Part shown: one piece after another, positions 49,139 to 58,374 of the stretch
Layout: the number at the start of each line of letters is the position of its first letter
Position numbering within the stretch: the stretch's first letter is position 1
Source: Candidatus Oleimmundimicrobium sp.
GTDB taxonomy: Bacteria > Actinomycetota > Aquicultoria > UBA3085 > Oleimmundimicrobiaceae
Length of the DNA: 64,000 nt
Assembly (NCBI RefSeq): GCF_030651595.1
Contig: NZ_JAUSCH010000084.1
Location: forward strand, 1,338-65,337
Direction of reading: 5' to 3'
Position numbers and translations under genes: made by a program
Notes under the pieces: generated by a model
What the model was told of the DNA's origin: nothing
The model's database searches: none
Seen by the model: only the letters and a program-made list of their open reading frames with translations

Positions 49139-50482
49139 ATGGCTTTAACTGGACTTGATATTTATAAAAAATTACCTCAAAAAAATTGTGGTGAATGTGG
49201 GATACCTACTTGTCTCGCTTTTGCTATGAAACTTGCGGTGGGGCAGACACAGTTGGATGCGTGTCCATATGTTTCCGAGGAGACTAAAACTGAATTATCC
49301 GAAGCTTCGGCTCCCCCCATACGTCTTATCACAGTGGGCACGGGCGACAAAGCTTTAAAGATTGGGGAGGAAGCTGTGCTCTTCCGTCACGAGAAGACTT
49401 TTTATCACCAACCGGGTCTGGCAATTCTTGTTGACGATGGAATGGATGAAGCAGTGATTGATGAAAAACTTGCGCAGTTAAAAAGCTCTCAATTTGAGAG
49501 AGTAGGCCAGTTTCTTCGAGCTGATTTGGTGGCCGTTAAATCATCTTCAAATGATTCGGCTAAATTTGTGACGCTTGTTAAAAAAGCTATGGGAACCGAG
49601 TTCCCACTGGTATTAATTAGTGAAAACTCTGAAATAATGAAGGCCGCTCTTTCAGTTTGTGTTCAAACTAAACCTCTTCTTTATGCGGCAAATGAAAACA
49701 ATTTTGAGCAGATGGCCGCTCTTGCTAAAGAGAGCAATTGTCCGTTGGTGGTTGCGGCTAAAGATCTTGGGGCTCTTTCTGACTTAGTAGAAAAAGTAAC
49801 AGCTAAAGGAGTTAAAGATATAATTCTTGATCCTGGCTCAAGAACAATAAAAGATAGTTTGAAGGATGCAGTATTTATAAGGCGAGCAGCCTTAAAGAAA
49901 AAATTTAAACCTCTTGGCTACCCAATTATTACTTTTCCTTGTGAAATGTATGACGACCCTTATATGGAAGCAGTGGCTGCCGGGGTTGGGATAATGAAAT
50001 ATGCGGGAGTTATCGTGGTTAGCGATCTTGAATCCTGGAAGGCACTTCCTTTGTATGTTTTGCGCCAAAACATCTACACCGATCCTCAAAAACCCATGCA
50101 AATTGACGAGGGGATTTATCCTATTGGAGAGCCAGATGAAAATTCGCCCGTGCTTCTTACCACAAATTTTTCCTTAACTTATTTTACTGTTTCGGGTGAG
50201 GTGGAGGCCAGTAAGGTTTCATCCTGGATTTGCATAATGGACGTAGAAGGATTATCTGTTTTAACTGCTTGGGCTGCCGGTAAGTTTATACCTGAAAATA
50301 TTGGTCCGTTTATGAAGCGTTGCGGAATTACCGACAAAGTTAAACATCGCAAGATAGTAATCCCGGGATATGTGGCTCAGATAAGTGGGGAGTTGGAGGA
50401 AGAGCTTCCTGATTGGGAAATACAAGTTGGACCGCGAGAAGCCGGGGATATACCATCCTATCTTAAAAACTGGAGCGCTTAG
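49139..50482 (+). CDS. acsC: Corrinoid iron-sulfur protein large subunit
   Basis: N-terminal CGECGIPTC...C 4Fe-4S motif. TIM plus B12-binding architecture. Confidence 0.85.
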   Translation: MALTGLDIYKKLPQKNCGECGIPTCLAFAMKLAVGQTQLDACPYVSEETKTELSEASAPPIRLITVGTGDKALKIGEEAVLFRHEKTFYHQPGLAILVDDGMDEAVIDEKLAQLKSSQFERVGQFLRADLVAVKSSSNDSAKFVTLVKKAMGTEFPLVLISENSEIMKAALSVCVQTKPLLYAANENNFEQMAALAKESNCPLVVAAKDLGALSDLVEKVTAKGVKDIILDPGSRTIKDSLKDAVFIRRAALKKKFKPLGYPIITFPCEMYDDPYMEAVAAGVGIMKYAGVIVVSDLESWKALPLYVLRQNIYTDPQKPMQIDEGIYPIGEPDENSPVLLTTNFSLTYFTVSGEVEASKVSSWICIMDVEGLSVLTAWAAGKFIPENIGPFMKRCGITDKVKHRKIVIPGYVAQISGELEEELPDWEIQVGPREAGDIPSYLKNWSA

Positions 50483-50502
50483 CCTCAACAAATCTAAAAG
50501 GA

Positions 50503-51570
50503 ATGGGCGATATGAGCTTAAAAGATGTGGCCATTATTGGTGGAGGTGTTGCCGGCATAAGTGCGTCCTTGGTCTTAGCCGATATTGGTTTTGCGGTTCA
50601 CATAATTGAAAGGGACGTTCAACTGGGTGGGCATGCGGTAAATTTTGCCTGTAAAGCTACGGATAAATGCAGTAAGTGTCTGGTCTGTTTAGCTGACGAG
50701 CTTGTCCTAAAAGCATTTCAACATCCTAAAATAAAAGTTTTAACTGGCTCTGAGGTGACGTCTTTTTCGGGCAAATCTGGGAATTTTGAGCTGCAAATTT
50801 CTCAAGCTATCGGAGAAGAGTCGCTTTTTAAAGAACTGATATTAAAAGTTGGAGCCGTTGTTATTGCCACGGGTTTTATGCCTTTTAATGCGGAAGAGAA
50901 AAAGGAATACGGGTATGGCAAATATAAAAATGTAATTACTGCTCTGGAACTTGAGAAAGACTTGCGTCTAACCGGAAAAGTTTTGAGGCCCACCGATGGA
51001 GCAATCCCAAAGAAAATTGCTTTTTTCCAGTGCGTCGGGAGCAGAGATGAGAGTATAGGCCGGGGCTATTGTTCTAAAGTGTGTTGTCCGTATGCGCTTA
51101 GACTTTCAAAGCTCATTAAATCGGAAATTCCTGAATCGGATGTTACGATTTTTTATATGGATGTTCAACCAGCGGGCAAATGTTTTAATAAATTTCGCCA
51201 GGAGTGCGAGGAGCTTGGGATACATTTTGTGAGAAATCTGCCCTCAAAAGTTTACGGTTATGTTGATTCGGATTTTCTGCGGGTTAAAAGCTTAAGTGGT
51301 GATAAGGGCGAGGTTGTTCAAAATGAATTTGATCTCGTAGTTTTGTCTGTTGGGATGTCTCCCCAGAGCGATGCAAGGTTTTTGGCCGATACTTTTGGGG
51401 TCAGTCTCGATAGATACGGATTTTTTGAGGGACAGGGATTTCGGGTTAACCTTTCGAATGTTCCCGGAATTTTTCTTGCCGGAGCGTGTCAGGGACCGAA
51501 AGACATCGAAGAGTCAATAGTTCACGGAAAAGCAGCAGCAGTAGAAGTTGCCAGGATGTTGAGGGTGTAA
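50503..51570 (+). CDS. hdrA: HdrA-like FAD-dependent oxidoreductase (N-terminal module)
   Basis: AIIGGGVAGISASL FAD fingerprint. Cys-rich CKATDKCSKCLVC. HdrA-like. Confidence 0.65.
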   Translation: MGDMSLKDVAIIGGGVAGISASLVLADIGFAVHIIERDVQLGGHAVNFACKATDKCSKCLVCLADELVLKAFQHPKIKVLTGSEVTSFSGKSGNFELQISQAIGEESLFKELILKVGAVVIATGFMPFNAEEKKEYGYGKYKNVITALELEKDLRLTGKVLRPTDGAIPKKIAFFQCVGSRDESIGRGYCSKVCCPYALRLSKLIKSEIPESDVTIFYMDVQPAGKCFNKFRQECEELGIHFVRNLPSKVYGYVDSDFLRVKSLSGDKGEVVQNEFDLVVLSVGMSPQSDARFLADTFGVSLDRYGFFEGQGFRVNLSNVPGIFLAGACQGPKDIEESIVHGKAAAVEVARMLRV

Positions 51571-53195
51571 TGGAAAAGGAAGTTTCCAAAATAGGCATAT
51601 TTATTTATGACTGTGAAAGTAAGCTTAAGAACATTTTAAGCACCGATGAAGCATGCTCAAAACTTGAGGGTTTAGGATTTGTTTGTTTTAAAAGTCTTAC
51701 TCCGCGTTTTACCGAAGTAATGTGTGATTTTGAAAAATATTTAAAGGATAACGAGGTTTCTAAGATAGTAGTTGCCGGTTGCAACCCTCGCCCCAAAAAA
51801 CAAATTTTTAAAAACTCTTTAAAAAAAATGGGCCTGAATCCTTATTTGGTGAACTTTGTCAATCTTAATGAAGTAATTGGTTATAAAGAGAAAAAGAGAG
51901 CCACAGAAAAAGCCGTTAATTTAGTAGTTCGGGCAGCGAAATGGATTAAGATGCAGGAACCTATTGGGACTCAAAAAGTTTTGTTAAATCAAAAAGTTCT
52001 TGTTCTCGGAAGTGGAATTGCCGGGATTGAAACAGCTCTTATTTTAGCCGAAGGGGGTTTGGACACGATTTTAATAGAAGAAACCTCTCATCTCGGTGGG
52101 GGAGCGGTTGCGATTGAAAACCTAAAAAGTCTTGTCGAGAGCAAAATCGAGGCGCTAACTAACGAAAAAAAAGTAAGGATTATTAATTCCTCATATTTAG
52201 TTGATTTGAATGGCCACGCAGGAAAATTTATTGCAAGAGTTGATGGTAAGCAAAAATTGACGGTTGAAGTTGGAGCAATTGTTGTCGCAACTGGGTATAA
52301 ACCGATTTTGCCTGTTCAAGAGCTTGGTGAAAATCCTGACTCTTTGATTATCGGGCAGAAAGATATGGGGAATAGATTGTCCTTAGGTAAAAATATACCT
52401 CAGCGTGTCTGTTTTTTAATCGATTTAGTCGATGAAGATTTAAAGATATCGACTCAGGCTCTTTTGAAGCAAGCTTTAACTGTTAAAGAAAAGTTTGGTT
52501 CTGACGTAATTTGTTTTTGCAGAGATTTAAAAGTTTCGTTTGATGGTGGGGAGGAGTTGTATAAGAAAGCTCGGGAAGCCGGCGTATTGTTTTTTAAGTA
52601 TGCTGAAAAACCAGAAATTAAGCTTTCATACAACACTGTTGAAGTTCATTTAATAAACGAAGATTACCCTTACGAAAAATTGATTTTTGAAAGCGATTTA
52701 TTAGTTGTGGGCGAGAAGGCAGTACCTGGTAAAAAATTTGAAGAGTTAGCTAAATTGCTCTCGGTTAATCTTGATTCAAAGGGATTCTTTCAAGAGGAAA
52801 ACGTGAAACTGTTGCCTACATTTTCCTCTAAGCGTGGGGTATTTTTTGTCGGTGGATGTCGTTTTCCACAAAATATAGAAGAGACGTTTTCCGAAGCAAG
52901 GGGCACGGCGGGAGAGGTTCTCTCGTTTCTATCAAAAGGAGAAATTGAACTGGATTTAACATCCGCGAAAATAAATCCGGATAAGTGTGTTCTTTGTCTT
53001 ACTTGTATTAGAACTTGCCCTCATGGAGCGATAGTTGTTGATTATGAAGAAGAAACGGCAAAAGTGATTCCGCTGGCCTGCCAATCGTGTGGGATATGCG
53101 CGAGTGAATGTCCCGTTATGGCCATAGAGCTTCCTCTTTATACCAATGCTCAAATTATCGGGCAGTTAAGTGATGTGGTAGGTGAAGCGGGTTGA
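51570..53195 (+). CDS. hdrA: Second HdrA-like FAD oxidoreductase with an MvhD-like N-terminal region and C-terminal 2x[4Fe-4S] ferredoxin
   Basis: VLVLGSGIAGIETAL; C-terminal CVLCLTCIRTCP and CQSCGICASECP. Start chosen at ATG 51570 (MEKEVSK); the ORF track extends upstream to 51486. Confidence 0.65.
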   Translation: MEKEVSKIGIFIYDCESKLKNILSTDEACSKLEGLGFVCFKSLTPRFTEVMCDFEKYLKDNEVSKIVVAGCNPRPKKQIFKNSLKKMGLNPYLVNFVNLNEVIGYKEKKRATEKAVNLVVRAAKWIKMQEPIGTQKVLLNQKVLVLGSGIAGIETALILAEGGLDTILIEETSHLGGGAVAIENLKSLVESKIEALTNEKKVRIINSSYLVDLNGHAGKFIARVDGKQKLTVEVGAIVVATGYKPILPVQELGENPDSLIIGQKDMGNRLSLGKNIPQRVCFLIDLVDEDLKISTQALLKQALTVKEKFGSDVICFCRDLKVSFDGGEELYKKAREAGVLFFKYAEKPEIKLSYNTVEVHLINEDYPYEKLIFESDLLVVGEKAVPGKKFEELAKLLSVNLDSKGFFQEENVKLLPTFSSKRGVFFVGGCRFPQNIEETFSEARGTAGEVLSFLSKGEIELDLTSAKINPDKCVLCLTCIRTCPHGAIVVDYEEETAKVIPLACQSCGICASECPVMAIELPLYTNAQIIGQLSDVVGEAG

Positions 53196-53611
53196 CGAAG
53201 AGAGATTTTAAGCCAAAAATAACCGTTTTTTGTTGTGAGCACTCTGGATTACTATCGGCTGATATGGCAATTGAGTCTGGGTTTGTTTATCCGGAGAGAG
53301 TGCGCGTGATAAAGGTTCCATGCTCAGGAAAGATTGAAATCATTCACATCATGAGGGCATTGGAAGAAGGCGATGGTGTTGTGATTTATGCTTGTCACAA
53401 AGAAGCCTGTCAATTTTTGAGGGGAAACTTAAGAGCTGAAGCAAGGTTAGCTTATATAAAAAATATTTTGAAAGAAATTGGTATTGAAGAAGAAAGGGTA
53501 CAGATGCATTACTTGGCCCCTTCCAATGGGGCTAAGTTTACACAAACACTGTCTACTTTTTATGAAGATTTAAAAAGTTTGGGGCTCAATACCGGGAGGG
53601 CGGAAGAATGA
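53192..53611 (+). CDS. mvhD: MvhD-like (methyl-viologen-reducing hydrogenase delta) subunit
   Basis: VFCCEHSG...VPCSGKIE...YACHKEAC. Confidence 0.85.
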   Translation: MTKRDFKPKITVFCCEHSGLLSADMAIESGFVYPERVRVIKVPCSGKIEIIHIMRALEEGDGVVIYACHKEACQFLRGNLRAEARLAYIKNILKEIGIEEERVQMHYLAPSNGAKFTQTLSTFYEDLKSLGLNTGRAEE

Positions 53612-54276
53612 TTGTTGGAGAAAGAAAGCCGATACAAGAAATTCTTAATATGATTGCTGAACATAACAAAATTCTTATTGCCGGATGCGGTACCTGTGCT
53701 GCTATCTGTATGGCAGGTGGCGATAAAGAGGTAAGCATTCTTGCGTCAACCATAAAAATGGCGAGAAATAAGGAAGGAAAGCCAATTGAAATATTGGAAC
53801 ACATACCTCTTCGCCAGTGTGAGTGGGAATTTGTCGACGAGTTAAAAGATAAAATTGAATCTTGTGATGCTGTTCTCTCGATGGCTTGTGGAATTGGCGT
53901 CCAGACTATTGTAGAACGTTTTCCAAAAGCTATTGTGTATCCTGCTGTTAATACTACCTTTTTAGGTTTACCCGAGGAACAAGGGGTTTGGTCTGAACGG
54001 TGTGGGGCTTGTGGTAATTGCGTACTCGATAAAACCGGTGGAATTTGCCCCATCGTTAGATGTTCAAAAAGCTTATTAAATGGTCCCTGTGGTGGCTCTA
54101 AGGACGGAAAATGTGAAATTGACCCCGAGGTAGACTGTGCTTGGCAGCTTATTTACGATAGGTTGAAAACGCTTGGGAAACTCGATAATTTAGCTGAGAT
54201 ATTGCCGCCAAAAGATTGGTCAACCGGTCGAGATGGCGGACCAAGAAAGATTATAAGGGAGGATATGAAGCTGTGA
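53608..54276 (+). CDS. metV: Methylene-THF reductase small subunit MetV
   Basis: AGCGTCAAICMAGG N-terminal motif. C-terminal Cys-rich zinc-ribbon region. Confidence 0.8.
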   Translation: MIVGERKPIQEILNMIAEHNKILIAGCGTCAAICMAGGDKEVSILASTIKMARNKEGKPIEILEHIPLRQCEWEFVDELKDKIESCDAVLSMACGIGVQTIVERFPKAIVYPAVNTTFLGLPEEQGVWSERCGACGNCVLDKTGGICPIVRCSKSLLNGPCGGSKDGKCEIDPEVDCAWQLIYDRLKTLGKLDNLAEILPPKDWSTGRDGGPRKIIREDMKL

Positions 54277-55190
54277 AATCGGGAAGTAATCTTGAGAAAA
54301 TTTTAAGTGCTGGAAATTTTGCGGTGACCGCCGAGCTTGGGCCTCCCAAAAGCGCTGATGCTGAAGTTGTTTACAAGAAAGCTGATAGTTTAAAAGGTTG
54401 TGCCGACGCGGTAAATATAACCGATTGCCAGACGGCGATAGTTCGAATGTCATCAATTGCTGTCGGAAGCATGTTAGTATCGAGGGGTATCGAACCAATA
54501 GTCCAAATGACCTGCCGGGACAGGAACCGCATTGCGATACAGAGCGACATTTTGGGCGCTTCGGCTTTAGGGGTAAAGAATCTTCTCTGTCTCACCGGGG
54601 ACCATCAAAAATTTGGCAATCATCCCCAGTCAAAAAATGTCTTTGATTTAGATTCTATTCAACTTATTAAGATGGTTAAGGATATGAGGGACGAAAAGAA
54701 ATTTCAATGCGGGGAAGAGTTGAAAGTGGAGCCTCGTTTCTTTATAGGGGCGGCCGAGAATCCATTTTCCGATCCCTTTGAATTTAGAGCGCTACGTCTT
54801 GCAAAGAAAGTCGACGCCGGAATCGACTTTGTTCAGACGCAAATTGTTTATAACGTTGAAAAGTTTTCAAAGTGGATGGAAATGGTTCGGGAGCTTGGCC
54901 TCCACGAGAAAGTTTTTATACTTGCCGGAGTGGCTCCTTTGAAATCTGCAGGTATGGCTAAATATATGAAGAACAATGTGCCGGGGATGGATGTTCCCGA
55001 CAAAATTGTTGAGCGGATGACCGCTGCCGGAAAAGAAAAAGCTAAAGAAGAAGGCGTAAACATTTGCGTAGATATTATCAATCAAGTTAAAGAGATAAAA
55101 GGTGTGGCGGGCGTACACATTATGGCTATTGAGTGGGAAGAGATTGTGCCGGAGATAGTTGCGAAGGCGGGGTTTTTGCCAAGGCCTTAA
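54273..55190 (+). CDS. metF: 5,10-methylenetetrahydrofolate reductase
   Basis: MetF family (...LEKILSAGNFAVTAELGPPK...). GTG start overlapping the metV stop, with an RBS aagggagga. Confidence 0.85.
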   Translation: MKSGSNLEKILSAGNFAVTAELGPPKSADAEVVYKKADSLKGCADAVNITDCQTAIVRMSSIAVGSMLVSRGIEPIVQMTCRDRNRIAIQSDILGASALGVKNLLCLTGDHQKFGNHPQSKNVFDLDSIQLIKMVKDMRDEKKFQCGEELKVEPRFFIGAAENPFSDPFEFRALRLAKKVDAGIDFVQTQIVYNVEKFSKWMEMVRELGLHEKVFILAGVAPLKSAGMAKYMKNNVPGMDVPDKIVERMTAAGKEKAKEEGVNICVDIINQVKEIKGVAGVHIMAIEWEEIVPEIVAKAGFLPRP

Positions 55191-55448
55191 ATAAAAGGGG
55201 TCAGTCCCAGTCCTCAGCTGCCAGGAAAAATATAAGAGCAGAGAGCAGAAAATAAGGTAACGGATAAAAGGGGAAAGTCAAAAAGGGACAACTCTAAGCC
55301 GTCATTGCGAGGAGCAAGGCGACGAAGCAATCTCATAAATAGCGGATGGTTGAAAGTTAAAAGAGCATAGAATATAGCAAAAACTAGCAAACAAACCATC
55401 TAATTAACTATTAAATATCGGCTACAAACTTAGAAATGGAGTTTCTCA
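55191..55448. repeat. Intergenic element between metF and hdrC, homologous in two blocks to 58106-58260
   Basis: cagtcccagtcctcagctgccagg...agagcagagagcagaaaata and atagaatatagcaaaaactagcaaacaaacc, versus cagctcccagtcgtgagctgccagc...atagagcagagagcgagcagaatat and atagaatatagagtatagcaaaaccagcaatctggcc. Confidence 0.6.
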
Positions 55449-56003
55449 ATGAGAGAAATAGCAAAAATAGATACAACATTTGCAGAACAAATAAAAAATG
55501 AGTGTGGCGAGAATGTTTATTCTTGTTATCAATGCAAGAAATGTACGCTTGGGTGTCCTACAGCTTATGCTATGAGATATAAACCACATCAGCTAATTGA
55601 GGCTATCCAATTGGGACAGAAGGATTTGGTCTTGAAGGACCAGTCGATATGGCTTTGTCTTTCGTGTCAAACGTGCATGGCGCGCTGTCCTCAAAATCTT
55701 GATTTTGTTAAGGTGGCCGATGCTGCAAGGATAATAGCGCAACGTGAAGGATTTAAGATACCGGTACCTGAAATAGCTGCTTTTAACAGTTCTTTCCTTT
55801 CTCTCGTGGAGCGGTTTGGGCGTATTTATGAAATTGGTTTGGTAATGTTAATTAAGTTAAAAACTAAACAGATTATGAAAGATATGGCAATGGGGTTGCC
55901 TCTATTTTTTAAGGGTAAGTTTAGCTTTTTACCTCACAAGGTCGAAAATATAAGTGCAGTACGAAGAATTTTTAGAAATACGAAAGAATTGGAGCAGAAA
56001 TGA
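55449..56003 (+). CDS. hdrC: Heterodisulfide reductase subunit C-like (2x 4Fe-4S)
   Basis: CYQCKKCTLGCP and CLSCQTCMARCP. Confidence 0.85.
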   Translation: MREIAKIDTTFAEQIKNECGENVYSCYQCKKCTLGCPTAYAMRYKPHQLIEAIQLGQKDLVLKDQSIWLCLSCQTCMARCPQNLDFVKVADAARIIAQREGFKIPVPEIAAFNSSFLSLVERFGRIYEIGLVMLIKLKTKQIMKDMAMGLPLFFKGKFSFLPHKVENISAVRRIFRNTKELEQK

Positions 56004-56872
56004 AATATGGTTTATATCCCGGTTGTTCATATAGGGGGACGGCTAGGGAGTTTGGAGAATCGATAGATGCCACTTGCAGCGCGCTTAATCTCGATGTGAA
56101 AGAACTCGAGGATTGGGTTTGCTGTGGGGCGTCTTCCGCTCACAATACTTCACACCTGCTGGCGACGGTTTTACCTTTACACACTTTAATTTCTGCTCGC
56201 GAAGCTGGCTTCGAGAAATTATTGGCGCCGTGTATTGCTTGCGCCTGGCGACTTAAGACTGCCATCAAAGAGATTGAAACGGATGAAAAGTTGAGAATGA
56301 AAGCTGAAAAAGTTATTGGCAAGAAATATGAAGGCGGGATCGATGTTTTTAATATAGTCGAATTTTTTACAAAAGAAATTAAGCTGGAAAAGATAAAAAA
56401 AGCAGTAAAGAAACCATTAAAAGATTTAAGGGTCGTTTGCTATTACGGGTGTATGCTTACTCGGCCTCCAAAAATTGCTAATTTTGATGTGGTTGAAGAC
56501 CCCCGGAGTCTTGACAATATAATGAAAATTTTAGGGGCAGAAAGTTTAGATTGGCCGTATAAAACGGAGTGTTGCGGGGTAAGCTTTGCCTTGAGCAGAA
56601 CGGATGTTGTTATTAAACTCTGTCATGATTTATTAGAGGAGATAAAGAAGCTTGAAGTGGATATGGTTGTTGTAGCTTGTCCTCTTTGTCAAACAAATCT
56701 TGACACGAGACAAAAGGAGATTGAAAAGAAATATAATACCAAATACGGCATACCTATAGTGTATTTTACTCAACTCATGGGCCTTGCGTTGGGGAAAACC
56801 CCCGAAGATGTTGGTTTAAAACGTCTTACGGTTAATCCTTTCCCGGTCCTAAAAAAGAAGGGAATTTTATAG
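56000..56872 (+). CDS. hdrB: Heterodisulfide reductase subunit B-like (two CCG domains)
   Basis: CCG-domain Cys pattern (CCGASSAH..., CPLCQTNLD). Confidence 0.85.
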   Translation: MKYGLYPGCSYRGTAREFGESIDATCSALNLDVKELEDWVCCGASSAHNTSHLLATVLPLHTLISAREAGFEKLLAPCIACAWRLKTAIKEIETDEKLRMKAEKVIGKKYEGGIDVFNIVEFFTKEIKLEKIKKAVKKPLKDLRVVCYYGCMLTRPPKIANFDVVEDPRSLDNIMKILGAESLDWPYKTECCGVSFALSRTDVVIKLCHDLLEEIKKLEVDMVVVACPLCQTNLDTRQKEIEKKYNTKYGIPIVYFTQLMGLALGKTPEDVGLKRLTVNPFPVLKKKGIL

Positions 56873-57934
56873 ATGGAATTTAAACCCAGTTGTCTCCCAA
56901 TGGCTGTTGGAAGCATGCCACATATGGATGCAGTTAAAGCATGCGAGGTAATTTTAAAATATACTCCTCAGATACCGGCATGGCCCCAACTTCCCAACCT
57001 TTCTTTTAAAGAAAACATGTGTACTCAAGTTTCAGAGGGTATGCCGGCAGTAAAAATAGATGAAGAGAAAAAGAAAATTTATCTGGACGCAGGGGACAAT
57101 TTAACTTGGAAGCTTGAGCAATTTTATGAAAAGTTCTTGGCTGAAGACCTCGACTATTTTGAAATATCTGCTGATTATGCTCGAGGGTTTCATGTCATGT
57201 TTGACACATTAAAAAAACACCTGCCAAGCAATTTAGTTATTCTTAAAGGGCAGTTAACGGGTCCAATCAGCTTTGGTTTGACGGTTACAGACCAAAATAA
57301 ACAAGCTGTTCTCTATAATGATTTTTTAAGGGATGCAATTATAAAAACACTTATGATGAAGGCCAAATGGCAGGAGAGGCAATTTAAGAAATTATCTGCC
57401 AACACAAAAACCATTATCTTTTTTGATGAACCGTATCTTCAGTCTTATGGTTCAGCTTATATAAAATTAAATAAGGATGAGGTCGTATCTTATCTAAACG
57501 AGTGTTTTTCTGCAGTTGAAGGTCTTTGTGGTGTTCATTGTTGCGGTCGAACCGACTGGAGCATTTTGATGGAAACCAATGTTAATATTATAAGTTTCGA
57601 TGCGTATGACCATACTGAAAGCGTAGCTCTTTATCCCAAAGAACTAAATAAATTTTTAAATAGAGGAGGAGTTCTTGCCTGGGGGATAGTGCCGTCTACT
57701 TATCCAACTCCGGATGCAATAGCGAAAGAGACCTTGGATAGCATTCTTAACCGGTTTGAAGAGAAAATTCAGTTATTGGTTGACAAAGGAATAGATAAAA
57801 TGAATCTTCTTGAAGCAAGCTTAATTACTCCAAACTGCGGCGCGGGCTCAATGACGGAAGAATTGGCGGAAAAGAGCATCAGATTAACTTCAGAGCTTTC
57901 TTTAGCTTTAAGAGAAAGATATTTTGGCAGATAG
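56873..57934 (+). CDS. Core-MetE-like zinc methyltransferase (cobalamin-independent methionine synthase C-terminal domain family, short form)
   Basis: GPISFGL; IIFFDEPYLQSYGS (compare IQIDEPAL); VHCCGR (His-Cys); ITPNCGAGS (compare PDCGLK). 353 aa. Confidence 0.6.
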   Translation: MEFKPSCLPMAVGSMPHMDAVKACEVILKYTPQIPAWPQLPNLSFKENMCTQVSEGMPAVKIDEEKKKIYLDAGDNLTWKLEQFYEKFLAEDLDYFEISADYARGFHVMFDTLKKHLPSNLVILKGQLTGPISFGLTVTDQNKQAVLYNDFLRDAIIKTLMMKAKWQERQFKKLSANTKTIIFFDEPYLQSYGSAYIKLNKDEVVSYLNECFSAVEGLCGVHCCGRTDWSILMETNVNIISFDAYDHTESVALYPKELNKFLNRGGVLAWGIVPSTYPTPDAIAKETLDSILNRFEEKIQLLVDKGIDKMNLLEASLITPNCGAGSMTEELAEKSIRLTSELSLALRERYFGR

Positions 57935-58374
57935 CAGATAGCAGATGGCAGATAGCAGATGGCAGATGGTTAGAGGTTGAACCCTTCTCTCCCTCCCCCT
58001 TGACGGGGGAGGGTTGGGGTGAGGGTGAAGGAGCTGATAGCTATTAGTTATTGGTCTTTATGTTTTAGTTTTTGGCTAACGGCTAAAGTTTAGGGTATAG
58101 GGTAATGGGGAAAGGGTATTCAGCTCCCAGTCGTGAGCTGCCAGCTTTCAGGGAAACTAAAAATATGAGTACGGAGCATAGAGCAGAGAGCGAGCAGAAT
58201 ATGGAGTATAGAATATAGAGTATAGCAAAACCAGCAATCTGGCCAACAAACTACCGACTCCCCACTAAGAGACTACCGACTGATGGAGCAGAGAGCCGTT
58301 AGCTATCGAAGTTACCCAGTACGGGCCAGTATCTGGTAGGGCCGGGTTATCTATCGACGAAAGCGAGGATTTAA
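57935..58374. repeat. 440-bp intergenic element: (GCAGATR)x6 tandem heptamers starting inside the last codons of the upstream gene, a 9-bp perfect GC hairpin, and blocks homologous to 18.56 kb and 55.2 kb
   Basis: gcagata gcagata gcagatg gcagata gcagatg gcagatg at 57928-57969. ccctccccc-ttgac-gggggaggg at 57991-58013. GARTATA x4 near 58200. ccagcaatctggccaacaaactaccgactccccactaagagactaccgactgat matches 18563-18617. Confidence 0.75.
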
